In this document: in pieces, positions 19,734-29,496 of the stretch
Layout: each line of letters starts with the position of its first letter
Numbering within the stretch: the first letter of the stretch is position 1
Source: Tubiluchus corallicola
Lineage: Eukaryota; Animalia; Priapulida
Length of the DNA stretch: 38,469 bases
Direction: 5' to 3'
Assembly: GCA_030141605.1 (NCBI GenBank)
Contig: JAQGDQ010002434.1
Coordinates: 1-38,469, forward strand
Made by a program: the position numbers and the translations under genes
The notes under the pieces: model-generated
Database searches by the model: none
Told to the model about the DNA's origin: nothing
What the model saw: only the letters and a program-made list of their open reading frames with translations

Positions 19734-22700
19734 TTAAAATGTTAAATCTAAGCCTAATGTTATTTTTGCTAAGCGAGGATAGCCTCCCCAATAAATACCA
19801 TCTGGTCCTACTTCTGGGTCATAGCCTCTGAACTTGGAGAATGTATAAAGATTGGATATATTTACATAAAAACGCCCTTTGCTTAAATAGTCAAAATCGG
19901 GTATTTTAAAGTTATAACCTACATTCACATTTTGGATACGTACAAAGGAACCGTCCTCAATCCACCAATCAGAAAAAAGGTCTTGTCGTGTATCCCGTAA
20001 ACTGGGATAGTCGTTAGTTCTATTGTCAGGTGTCCACCTAAGAGGCTGGGTGCTTGCTGTTTGAAACTTATCCATATCCAGCACATCATTGCCAAATACA
20101 CCATATAAAAATATTGCTATATCAAAACTTTTATAAGAAAACATAAGATTTAAACTGACAATGAAGTCAGGATTAGGGTCGCCAATGATAGTACGGTCTC
20201 TTTCATCAATTACCCCATCGTTATTCAAATCTACATACTTAAATTCTCCGGGTTGAGCTTCTGCTCCCGTAAGTCCACTTTCTAAACCTTCTTGTTCGCT
20301 TTGTATAATACCTTCTACTTTGTAGCCATAGAATACATTTATAGGCTCTCCTATAGCCAAAACATTAGGAGCTTGTCTAAAACGTTCTATATCACCTCCT
20401 ACAAACTCAAATGTATTTCCATAATCATCAGTTTGAAGACCTGCATCAGTTGCAGTTCCCATACTTACCAATTTATTGACATTCTTTGAGAAAATAAATG
20501 ATGCTGAAAAGGAACAGTTCTTTTGTGCAATAATATCTCCGTCTAAACTTAACTCTATGCCTTCGTTATTAATCACACCATCGTTTACCCATATTTCGTC
20601 ATAGCCTGAAGAAGGAGGCAAGTTTTTTTTCCTTAATAGGTCAGTAGTGTGTTTATGGTAATAATCGATAGTGGTTCGTAGTCTGTGTTTGAAAAAGTCC
20701 ATATCTAAGCCTGCATCAAATTGAGAGGTTGTTTCCCACTTTAAATCTGGATTAGGAATTCCGCTCCAGATAGGATAATATCCTGTCCAACCAGATATAT
20801 ACCCTGGTCCTATACCTGTTTTCCACCCATCATCCGTATAGTAGATGCTTTCACCGTACCTACTTAGTGTTTGATAAGGATTTATACCTTGATTACCAGA
20901 GAGACCATAGCTGATTCTTGCTTTTAGCTGGTCAAAAACATCTAAATTTTTTACAAAATCTTCATGGTGTGCTTTCCAACTAGCTGCCCCTGATGGAAAA
21001 AACCCCCATTTATTGTTTTCGCCAAATTTAGACGAACCATCAGCACGAACTGTAAAGGTAAGTAGATACTTGTTTAGCAACGAATAGTTTAATCTGCCTA
21101 ACCACGATTGCAATTGAAATTCCGAAAAGCTATTGCTTACCCTTTGCTTTTCGGGGTCCCCTGCCCCTATATTTTCATTGCCTAAAGATTCATTGACGAA
21201 GTCATAACCGGCTAAATTAGAAGTTCTTATTCCGTGGTCTTCCATAGTAAAACCTACTGTGGCATTTACCTGATGTATGGAGTTAAACTCTTTGTCAAAA
21301 GTTAAATAATTTTCATTTACTATATCCCATCCCGTCCAATTATCTATATAAGCAGCTCCATTGTTAAATGTTCCGTCCTCTGTGTATTTACTTGGATTGT
21401 ATCTATCTGTAATGGAAGAACCATATTTATAGTTAAGCTGAGAATTAATGCTCAAATAAGGTAGTACTTTCCACGACAATAAGCCCGAAGTTATTATATC
21501 TGTGGATTTGGTTTTATTTACTTGTTCGTTCGTTAAGGCCACAGGGTGGTAGAAATCTGCATCGTTTAATAGGTAATAGTTTCCATCCTCATCATATACA
21601 GGGAATATAGGATTTCTTGTAAAACTTAACCAATTATTTGTATTGCGATTTTCACTGGATAGCCTAATGTTTGTACGAAAAGTAAGATTTCTGAATAATT
21701 CTTTATCTAGGTTTAATGCAACATTTAGCCTATCATAGTCATTTTTCTTTTCTGCTCCTTTCTCATTGTAATAGTTAGTGCTAAAATTATATTTTGTCTT
21801 TTCATCTCCCCCCTCTATACCTACTGTCAAGTTCTCACTAATAGGATTATTTCTGAAAACTTCCTTAGTCCAATCTGTATAGTAGGGCCAACTACCATCC
21901 TCTAATTCCTTAATGGAAGGGTAGTAAATTCCGTTAGGGTCAGTAGCTCCTACATACAAGGGGGGTTGTCCTGCATTTACCCGCCCTTCATCTGTTATTG
22001 TAGCCATTAAAACAACATCCTTCCACACATCAAACTTAGAAGTGAAAGCTGATACTGTAGTTTGGTTTCTTATATATACGTGCATCCTATCAGATACCTT
22101 GCCTGATTTAGTTGTTACAATAATCACGCCATTAGCACCCCGAGAGCCGTAAATAGCTGATGCAGAAGCATCTTTTAATACTTCTAAAGATTCTATGTCG
22201 TTAGGGCTTATTTGTTTTAAATCGCCTGCATCTCCCAGTGGAAATCCATCCACCACTACCAAAGGCGAATTAGAACCATTCAAAGAACTTGAACCCCGTA
22301 TACGAACAGTTACAGGGGCACCGGGATCGTCAGAATTGTTAATTATTTGTAAGCCTGCTGTTCGCCCTTGTAGCAGACCATCAATAGAATGGGCAGGTAT
22401 CCCTTCTAGTTCTTCTGTTTTTACTGTGCTTATTGCACCTGTCAAATCAGTTTTTTTTACTGCTCCATAGCCAATTACTACTACATCTTCTAAGCCTACT
22501 GCATCTGTTTGCATCTCAACATTTATGATGTTGCGTCCTTGTACTTCTACTTCTTGGCTGTTCATTCCTACGAAAGAAAATATTAAAACTGCCGAAGGCT
22601 CAGAAACAGGTATTGAATACTGACCATATGCATTTGTTACAGTTCCTGTTGTAGTGTTTTTTACCAGAACAGTTACACCGGGTAAAGGTTGTGCATCTGA

Positions 22701-22796
22701 GTCAAGTACCTCACCTGTAACATTTTGTGCTTGCAAAAGAGTGAAAATAGGCGTTAATACTGAAAATATTAACACGTAAAAAGCTGATTGTTTCAT
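19734..22796 (-). CDS. susC: SusC/RagA TonB-dependent transporter
   Basis: PLPGVTV, VVVIGYG, LKDASASAIYGSRGANGVIIVTTK, RADGSSKFG, LKWETT, PNPDF motifs and C-terminal Phe; start taken as MKQSAF at 22796. Confidence 0.97.
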   Translation of the reverse strand: MKQSAFYVLIFSVLTPIFTLLQAQNVTGEVLDSDAQPLPGVTVLVKNTTTGTVTNAYGQYSIPVSEPSAVLIFSFVGMNSQEVEVQGRNIINVEMQTDAVGLEDVVVIGYGAVKKTDLTGAISTVKTEELEGIPAHSIDGLLQGRTAGLQIINNSDDPGAPVTVRIRGSSSLNGSNSPLVVVDGFPLGDAGDLKQISPNDIESLEVLKDASASAIYGSRGANGVIIVTTKSGKVSDRMHVYIRNQTTVSAFTSKFDVWKDVVLMATITDEGRVNAGQPPLYVGATDPNGIYYPSIKELEDGSWPYYTDWTKEVFRNNPISENLTVGIEGGDEKTKYNFSTNYYNEKGAEKKNDYDRLNVALNLDKELFRNLTFRTNIRLSSENRNTNNWLSFTRNPIFPVYDEDGNYYLLNDADFYHPVALTNEQVNKTKSTDIITSGLLSWKVLPYLSINSQLNYKYGSSITDRYNPSKYTEDGTFNNGAAYIDNWTGWDIVNENYLTFDKEFNSIHQVNATVGFTMEDHGIRTSNLAGYDFVNESLGNENIGAGDPEKQRVSNSFSEFQLQSWLGRLNYSLLNKYLLTFTVRADGSSKFGENNKWGFFPSGAASWKAHHEDFVKNLDVFDQLKARISYGLSGNQGINPYQTLSRYGESIYYTDDGWKTGIGPGYISGWTGYYPIWSGIPNPDLKWETTSQFDAGLDMDFFKHRLRTTIDYYHKHTTDLLRKKNLPPSSGYDEIWVNDGVINNEGIELSLDGDIIAQKNCSFSASFIFSKNVNKLVSMGTATDAGLQTDDYGNTFEFVGGDIERFRQAPNVLAIGEPINVFYGYKVEGIIQSEQEGLESGLTGAEAQPGEFKYVDLNNDGVIDERDRTIIGDPNPDFIVSLNLMFSYKSFDIAIFLYGVFGNDVLDMDKFQTASTQPLRWTPDNRTNDYPSLRDTRQDLFSDWWIEDGSFVRIQNVNVGYNFKIPDFDYLSKGRFYVNISNLYTFSKFRGYDPEVGPDGIYWGGYPRLAKITLGLDLTF

Positions 22797-22931
22797 AGTT
22801 AGTTTAGTTTGTGTTATAGGTTGATGTTGGGTGTTGAAAAAGGTGGGTTTTTTGATTGGGTAAAAGTAGATATATAGCTTTTTCAACTCTAATATTATTT
22901 TTACATAAAATGGTATTTTATTGTTTATTTT

Positions 22932-22939
22932 TATATTTG
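22932..22939 (+). promoter_or_regulatory. Bacteroidetes -7 promoter element for the AraC gene (TATATTTG)
   Basis: Matches TAnnTTTG 33 nt upstream of the ATG at 22973. Confidence 0.5.
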
Positions 22940-22972
22940 GAAAAACAAAAAGAAGAAATTAAGGTTTTTATT

Positions 22973-23827
22973 ATGTATATTGAGCGTGAAGTAACCCCTA
23001 TAACAGATGATGATTTTTTTGTGCTTTTAGACCAAAAAAAAGCCAAATTTGACTATCCCTTACACTACCATCCTGAATATGAACTAAATTTAGTGCAAGG
23101 AGTAAGTGGCATACGAACAGTAGGAGATTCCGTAGAAGAGTTTACAGATCCAGATTTGACATTAATAGGACATAGTATGATCCACCGCTGGAATGCAGAA
23201 AGCAATAAAGCACATGTTATTACTATACAATTTAATGCTAATTTATTTAGCTCTGAGATTTTAGCAAGAAGAATATTTGCCCCGATTGGTACACTATTGC
23301 AAGCATCTGCACGAGGTATACATTTTTCCAATTCTATTGTTCTTCAAACTATAGCAAGCATCAAAGAATTAACTGATATTAGTGGATTTGAAGCAGCGTT
23401 GAAATTTTTATCTATTTTGTATGATCTTGCTACTTCTCGTTATCAAAGACCTCTTGCTAGCTTAGGTTTTTCTGGTAGAGTAGAAAATTCTAAAAGCAGG
23501 AGAATACAGAAAGTAACGGAGTTTATTATAAGGAATTACCAGAAAGAAATAAAATTAAAAGACCTTGCAGATATTGCCCATATGACAGAATCTTCTTTTA
23601 GTGTTTTTTTTAAAAAGAGGATGAAAAAAAACATATCTAAATACATTTTGGAAATTCGTTTAGGATATGCTACTAGGTTGTTGTTGGAAACTAATATGAA
23701 CGTAGCAGAAATATGTTATGAATGTGGATTCAACAATCTTTCAAACTTTAATAGACTGTTTAAAAGGGAAAGAAATTGCACCCCTAAGGAATATCGGAAT
23801 AGCCAGATAATTATTACAAAATATTGA
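22973..23827 (+). CDS. AraC family transcriptional regulator (cupin + double HTH), probable PUL regulator
   Basis: FDYPLHYHPEYEL cupin motif; C-terminal EICYECGFNNLSNFNRLFK...TPKEYR; divergent from susC. Confidence 0.93.
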   Translation: MYIEREVTPITDDDFFVLLDQKKAKFDYPLHYHPEYELNLVQGVSGIRTVGDSVEEFTDPDLTLIGHSMIHRWNAESNKAHVITIQFNANLFSSEILARRIFAPIGTLLQASARGIHFSNSIVLQTIASIKELTDISGFEAALKFLSILYDLATSRYQRPLASLGFSGRVENSKSRRIQKVTEFIIRNYQKEIKLKDLADIAHMTESSFSVFFKKRMKKNISKYILEIRLGYATRLLLETNMNVAEICYECGFNNLSNFNRLFKRERNCTPKEYRNSQIIITKY

Positions 23828-23892
23828 AATTTCACTTTATTTCCGCTCTCTGTTTCACGTTTGTTCATTTTCTTTTCAATACAGAAGCATCT

Positions 23893-24855
23893 TTAACCTT
23901 CAACTTTTATAGATTTCTTAAATTTCTCATAGTTTTCCACCTCTTGGTTGATGTACCTTTTTTCTCCTTGTTCTTCTATATTCATCTTTTTATTTATTTG
24001 TATGTTGCATTTATATTCAAAGGTGGCGTTGCCAGAAAGTATCACCGTTATTTTGTCATTTTCTTTTTGGGGCTTGCACCTTACTTTGCCTCCCTTGTTA
24101 TACACATCTACCCATTGGTTGAAAGAAGTTTTTGCCAATAAGCACATTGTAATACTAGAGGCAGACATTGCAGTGCCACAGGCATTCGTAAGTCCCACAC
24201 CTCGTTCGTAAGTGCCAGTAAAAATAGCATTGTCTCCAAAATGTTTGACAAATGTAACATTTACCCCCTGAGGTAGTATCGATGAGTGGTTGTTGGCTTG
24301 CTTACCTACTTTCTCTAATAGCTTATAATCTATCTTATCTACTATAGCTACTATATGAGGATTACCAAGGCTAAGTGCTGTAAATCGTAGCTTTTGGGGA
24401 AGCTCCTTTATTGGTTGATTGATAAAATCTAAGGAGGCGATAGTTAATGGTAGCTCTTTGGGGGCGAGGCTTACGTTATGTATTAATACGCTGTAAGTTT
24501 TTATATTTTCAAACAAGTCAGCATCTTTATTCATTGGCAGGTTGGCTACCTTAGTTTCTATATTAAATTTGTTTAGCGATAATAGTTCTGATGCGTACCT
24601 ACCTATACACCTTATGCCATTGCCACACATTTCGGGTTCGCTACCGTCAGCGTTAAATATTCTCATCTTAGCATTGGCAACTTTACTTTTTTGGAAGAAT
24701 AATGTGCCATCTGCCCCTATGCTATTTTTTCTATTACAGAGGTTCTTTGTAAGTTTTTTTCTGTCTTTATCAGAGAAGTTGTAACTGTTGTTGTATTCGT
24801 TTATCAATATAAAATCGTTACCAGAGCCTTGGCATTTCAGTATTTCAACTTTCAT
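23893..24855 (-). CDS. dapF: Diaminopimelate epimerase (long, Firmicutes-like form)
   Basis: GSGNDF, GADG, NADGSEPEMCGNG, GNPH, VNV and TYERGVGLTNACGT motifs; both catalytic Cys present. Confidence 0.95.
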   Translation of the reverse strand: MKVEILKCQGSGNDFILINEYNNSYNFSDKDRKKLTKNLCNRKNSIGADGTLFFQKSKVANAKMRIFNADGSEPEMCGNGIRCIGRYASELLSLNKFNIETKVANLPMNKDADLFENIKTYSVLIHNVSLAPKELPLTIASLDFINQPIKELPQKLRFTALSLGNPHIVAIVDKIDYKLLEKVGKQANNHSSILPQGVNVTFVKHFGDNAIFTGTYERGVGLTNACGTAMSASSITMCLLAKTSFNQWVDVYNKGGKVRCKPQKENDKITVILSGNATFEYKCNIQINKKMNIEEQGEKRYINQEVENYEKFKKSIKVEG

Positions 24856-25011
24856 TGTTTTATTTTTTTTACAAGAAATGAAGGTTATTTTTTTTAGTCT
24901 GTTGTATCTATTTTTTTCATTTTTTATTAAAAAAAGAATCAAAATTACAATTTTTTTGTTAACTCTTTCGTTTATACTTTCAAAATCAATTAACCTTTAA
25001 ACCTAATTACG

Positions 25012-25863
25012 ATGAAAAAATATACTTTAAACTTAGTTTTTATTATCTTTTTGTTTTTATTTAGTGTAAATTCTTATTCCAGTGAGAAAATTAACAGACA
25101 GTTGTTCCGCTTGGTTTCTAATAAGTCTCCGGATTTGGAAAAGATAGATAAGCTGTTAAGCAATAGCAATGTAAATGTAAATTGTAAATTTCTAAACAGA
25201 CCTCTTTTAATGGTTGCTGCATCTAAGGGCAATGTAGAGGTTTTTGAGAGGTTAATAGCACACGACAAAACAGATGTAAACATAAAAAACAATAAGGGGC
25301 AAACAGCATTAATGGTAGCTTTAAATAAAGAGAATTATGAAATAGCCAAATTGTTATTAAATCATAAGGACCTTGATATAAACTTGTACGATAAGAATAG
25401 ACATACAGCTCTTTTTTATCTGGTGAATGTGCAAATTCTATTTGAAACAGAAGAACAGAGAATCAAGGATGAAGAAAAAAGATTAACGTTGTTAGAGCTT
25501 TTTTTGGCAAGAAATGATATTAACATTAATCATTTAGATAGTAAACAAGGAACAGCTTTACTTTTTGCATCAGGTTTGTGCGAGAAACTACTGTTTAAGG
25601 CTTTAGTTAAAGACATAAGAACAAAAGTAAATATTCAGGCTGAAAATAAAGAAACACCACTTAGCTTATTGTTGCAATGCCCTTTTGCGATGGAAGAAGA
25701 TAAAGAAGAGATGGTTGAGGTTTTTTTAACTAGACGAGAAGCAAATGTTTGTGTAGAAATGAAAAATGGAAAAACGGCTCTTGATATAGCTTATAAGAAA
25801 AACTATACTGGTATTGTTGACCTTTTAGAAGGAAGTCCTATCTTAGCAGAATCTTTGTGGTAA
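25012..25863 (+). CDS. Secreted ankyrin-repeat protein, copy 1
   Basis: Sec-type signal; repeats GQTALMVA...YEIAKLLL...DIN, TALFY, TPLSL, GKTALDIA...IVDLL. Confidence 0.9.
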   Translation: MKKYTLNLVFIIFLFLFSVNSYSSEKINRQLFRLVSNKSPDLEKIDKLLSNSNVNVNCKFLNRPLLMVAASKGNVEVFERLIAHDKTDVNIKNNKGQTALMVALNKENYEIAKLLLNHKDLDINLYDKNRHTALFYLVNVQILFETEEQRIKDEEKRLTLLELFLARNDININHLDSKQGTALLFASGLCEKLLFKALVKDIRTKVNIQAENKETPLSLLLQCPFAMEEDKEEMVEVFLTRREANVCVEMKNGKTALDIAYKKNYTGIVDLLEGSPILAESLW

Positions 25864-26010
25864 AATATAAAGGTAATTATTATGTATTAGTTTTCTAAGA
25901 TATTTATTTTTGTATTTAAAATTAGCCAGTTTTTTATTTATTTTGTACGAAGTAAGTTTTTTAAATAGAGGTTTATTTTTTGTAAAGGGTATTTTAATTT
26001 TTTTAAGAAA

Positions 26011-26844
26011 ATGAAGCGATATATTGAGATTTTAATTGTTGTCATTCTTTTGTTAGGGATTAATATAAATTCTTATTCTGACGATAAACTAAACAAACAT
26101 CTGTATAAATTAATACAAAAAAAATCACCTAATTTAAATGAAATAGGCCAACTTTTGAACAACAATGATGTAGATGTGAATTATAGATATAAAAGTCGGA
26201 CACCTTTAATTGTTGCTGCAGCATCTAAGGGCGATGTAGAGGTTTTTAATAAGTTGATAATACATAGCCAAATAGATGTAAATTTGCAAAATGCTAAAGA
26301 GAAAACAGCACTAATGGTGGCTATAGATGAAGGCAATTATGAGGTAGCTAAACTTTTGTTGAACCATAAAGATATTAACATTAACCTGTATGATAACAAT
26401 AAAAACACAGCTCTTATTTACTTGGTAAATGTGCAAACCCTATTTGCAACAGAAGAACAAAGAATAAAAGATGAAGAAAAAAGATTAGAAGTACTCAATA
26501 TCTTTTTATCAAGAAAAGATATTAATATTAACCATTTGAATGAAGACAAAGGCAATGCTCTTCTTTTTACAGCAGGATTATGTGAGAAATTGTTGTTTGA
26601 AGTGTTAGTAAAAGAACAAAGAACCAATATAAATATTCAAGCTAAAAACAATGAAACACCACTTACCTTGCTTTTGGAATGCCCTTTTGCCGAAGAGAAG
26701 CACAAGGAAGAAATGGTTAAAATGCTATTGGAGAGAAAGGATGTAGATATTTATGTGAAAACAAAACGGGGGGTGACAGCTCTTGATATAGCCTATCTTA
26801 GGGAATATACCAAGATAGTTGAGTTGTTAGAAGGCAAGAAATAG
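26011..26844 (+). CDS. Secreted ankyrin-repeat protein, copy 2 (tandem paralog)
   Basis: Colinear with copy 1, sharing TEEQRIKDEEKRL, GLCEKLLF, CPFA and TALDIAY. Confidence 0.9.
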   Translation: MKRYIEILIVVILLLGININSYSDDKLNKHLYKLIQKKSPNLNEIGQLLNNNDVDVNYRYKSRTPLIVAAASKGDVEVFNKLIIHSQIDVNLQNAKEKTALMVAIDEGNYEVAKLLLNHKDININLYDNNKNTALIYLVNVQTLFATEEQRIKDEEKRLEVLNIFLSRKDININHLNEDKGNALLFTAGLCEKLLFEVLVKEQRTNINIQAKNNETPLTLLLECPFAEEKHKEEMVKMLLERKDVDIYVKTKRGVTALDIAYLREYTKIVELLEGKK

Positions 26845-27280
26845 CTTGTTATACGCCTTACGTACAAAGATAAACGGATAAAAAAGCCATCGCCACATAG
26901 CCTTTTATGGGTAGTAGGTTGTTGTATATTATTTTCATTGTTTAATTCGTTAATGCCTTCTCTGGCTTCTTTTCGTTTTGTCCATATATCAGTAAGTTTA
27001 CCATTTTCTATATTTATGTACTCATCTTTACCACAGATAGGTATATGGTCTACTATGGTAAAATCACTATGGGGATATTGTGATTGGACTATGTGTTCAA
27101 TATCCCTCTTTTTTTGTCCATATCAAGCTTAACTATATGGATAGTTGAGTCCTCTTTTTTTTATTAAAACAGTATATAAGATACCAAGTGTTTTTTATAA
27201 TTTCATAATAAATGCTAAAACATAATAGGGGGGGCGAACGTCTATGTTTGCGTCTCTTATTGAAGTTATTTTATTGGAAA
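26845..27280 (-). pseudogene. Decayed phage tail-region remnant (three gene fragments)
   Basis: Minus strand encodes ...DVRPPYYVLAFIMKL* (resembles a tail-fibre/tail-collar C-terminus), a frameshifted ...WTKRKEAREGINEL fragment, and MKIIYNNLLPIKGYVAMAF/YPFIFVRK from 26938, which is frameshifted and truncated. Confidence 0.6.
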
Positions 27281-27374
27281 AATGGGTGAGGCGTAAAAAT
27301 ATATAATGATTTTTTTTTAATATTTGTGTAATACTTTGTATGTTTACCGTTTGTAAATTGTAAAATTTAATTTC

Positions 27375-29004
27375 ATGAAGCATAAAATACCTCTTACACT
27401 TGTAGCGTTTTTAATAACATTATTTGTTTCTGCACAAAAAAACAAACAGATTAATACATTTGTTTATGCAAAACTAAACAAATATATTATTGCATCTCAA
27501 AAGAGCTCTGATAACTTTTCAATTACTGTAAGTAGATTTGATGACAGGAAATTCTCTTCACTCTCAAAAAAATATAAAAGCTCACATATTTTTATTAAGA
27601 CCTTAGAAGGTGAGTTAGAAAGTGCATGGGAGCAAGTAGAGAAAGACTATCATCCAGTAGACATAAGAAGTATGGAAAGAGCATATGAAACTTTATCAAA
27701 AAAGCCACTTCCTTATGACGTGAGTGTCTATAAATCTGAAATAGATTTTTATACTGAGTATAATCAACAAAAAAAGATTAAGAATAACCAACAAAAAGAA
27801 ATTAAGAATAATCAACAAAAAGAAATAACAAATAGCCCTCAGACTACTCCGCAAGAGCATATAGAAAAAGGAATTGAAAGATTGAACAAGGATTTTGCAG
27901 ATAATTTTACTATAAAGGAATTTAAAAAAGCATTGGCTTTAGAACCAACAAATGCAGAAGCTAACTATTGGTTAGGTGTAACATTTTTTAAAAGTGGTAG
28001 TAGTCTATATTATTTATACAAGTCATTAGAACATTTGTCCAATGCTAAAGAGTATGGGTGGGATGAGGATAAAATATGGAACTTGGTTGATACAGTAAGC
28101 TTAATGGGGGAAAAACAAAAAGGCTATATATACTTTGATCAAAAAAATCTACACAAAATTTCCAGCTCCTACCAAAAAAAGAATAAGCAAAATATAAAAA
28201 CTCTTAAGAGTAGAATTGACTCTGTAAATAAAAAAGATGTAGCTGTAAATGATACACTGTTGCTAAAATTATATGCTGACCTTGTAGGGTTAGAACGTTA
28301 CCACTTTTCAAACGGACACTTCCAAAGCAATGGTTATAATAAGGCAAGAAGAAAAAAAGCCTATCTTGACATTAAGGTAGGGGACAAAAATATGGGATGT
28401 AGCGAATTACACAAATTATTAGAATGGAATCACTTTGCTACTTCAGTTAAAGAAAAAGAATGTAAAGAATGGTATGATATTTATAGTGAAGAACGAGCAA
28501 AAATATATTGAAGAGAATAGAGCAAAAGCGAAGAAATGGTATAGTAAGCATCCTAATCAAATTAAATTGTTATCATTAGTGGGAGCCAATAAAGAAGAAG
28601 TCGATTCTTATTTAGGAAAAGCTATCGCAAGTAACTACAAAATAAATGTAGGTACAGGTTTATATGGAAACACGTATATAGGAAATAAGCATAAGACAAA
28701 AGATGGAGTTTATGAGGTTGCATATAGAAATGGGATACTTATATATATATGTTTTTACCCTGCGTATAATATAACATACTCTCCAGAAGCATTTGATAGT
28801 CCTAATTCCAATTTTGACACTGAACTTCCCAGTGATATTTATCAACTTGAAGGTACTATATGTATGGGTGAAACAACGGATGGACACATAGGTGATATAA
28901 AAACTTACAGCATAAAATATAATTGTTCAAGACATCATATAGATATGACTTTTTATGGAAAAAATGGCAAAGTAAATATGATATCTATTTTTGCTTCTTT
29001 TTAA
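27375..29004 (+). pseudogene. Secreted TPR-containing protein, split by a single-base frameshift (ORFs 27375-28511 and 28435-29004)
   Basis: Signal peptide; TPR-like FKKALALEPTNAEANYWLG; removing one A from the A5 run at 28499-28503 gives continuous YSEERAKYIEENRAKAKKW. Confidence 0.6.
27759..27830 (+). repeat. In-frame 24-bp tandem repeat, 3 copies (NNQQKEIK)
   Basis: TATAATCAACAAAAAAAGATTAAG / AATAACCAACAAAAAGAAATTAAG / AATAATCAACAAAAAGAAATAACA. Confidence 0.85.
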
Positions 29005-29034
29005 ACGTAAATGATATTATAAGATAGTACTTGC

Positions 29035-29304
29035 GTGGAAAATCAAAAAACACCCAAACAACAGGAGGAAGAGTCTAAACGAGTGGATGAAGAATTTAAA
29101 CAATTAGATGAAGAGTCCAAACGGATAAAAGATGAAGCAGCAAAAAATATTTGGAAATACTTTGATAGAATACATAATAAGTTATTTCAACTAAACAACA
29201 TTATGCTCATTATTTATCTCTCATTTTCTGCACTAAAAGAAGTCTTTGACCCTATAAGTATTTGGTGGATTTTTTTCCCAATAGTCAACATGTATGAAAG
29301 ATAA
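29035..29304 (+). pseudogene. Hypothetical membrane protein, probably 3'-truncated by prophage insertion
   Basis: KYFDRIHNKLF followed by hydrophobic segments; stops abruptly within the second hydrophobic stretch (FFPIVNM-YER*) at TGTATG, 29291. Confidence 0.5.
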
Positions 29305-29496
29305 AACAAACAGGTGTAAATTACAATCTACATTAAAAATGCAGGAAAGCACCACAAAAAAAGGATACAGCAATAAAAGGAATGAAACTAAATAAAAACA
29401 AATAAGAGGTAAAGATTGAATTTGGTTTAATTTTCAAAATGTAAATAGAGTAAAAACATCAAGAAAGGTTTAATTTAAGAGTGTTTAAACAAGGTT

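Noticed and set aside
22797-22972. Overlapping N-terminal extensions of susC (22886) and AraC (22856) from the ORF track
   Set aside because: Downstream ATGs at 22796 and 22973 give typical N-termini and leave a divergent promoter region. The same reasoning applies to the susD, dapF, hisB and DUF368 starts.
29-26627. Numerous 60-140 aa ORFs antisense to or nested in long genes
   Set aside because: They are shadow ORFs of well-supported genes with no motifs of their own.
26938-27132. Plus-strand 64-aa ORF
   Set aside because: It is better explained as the antisense of the minus-strand phage remnant.
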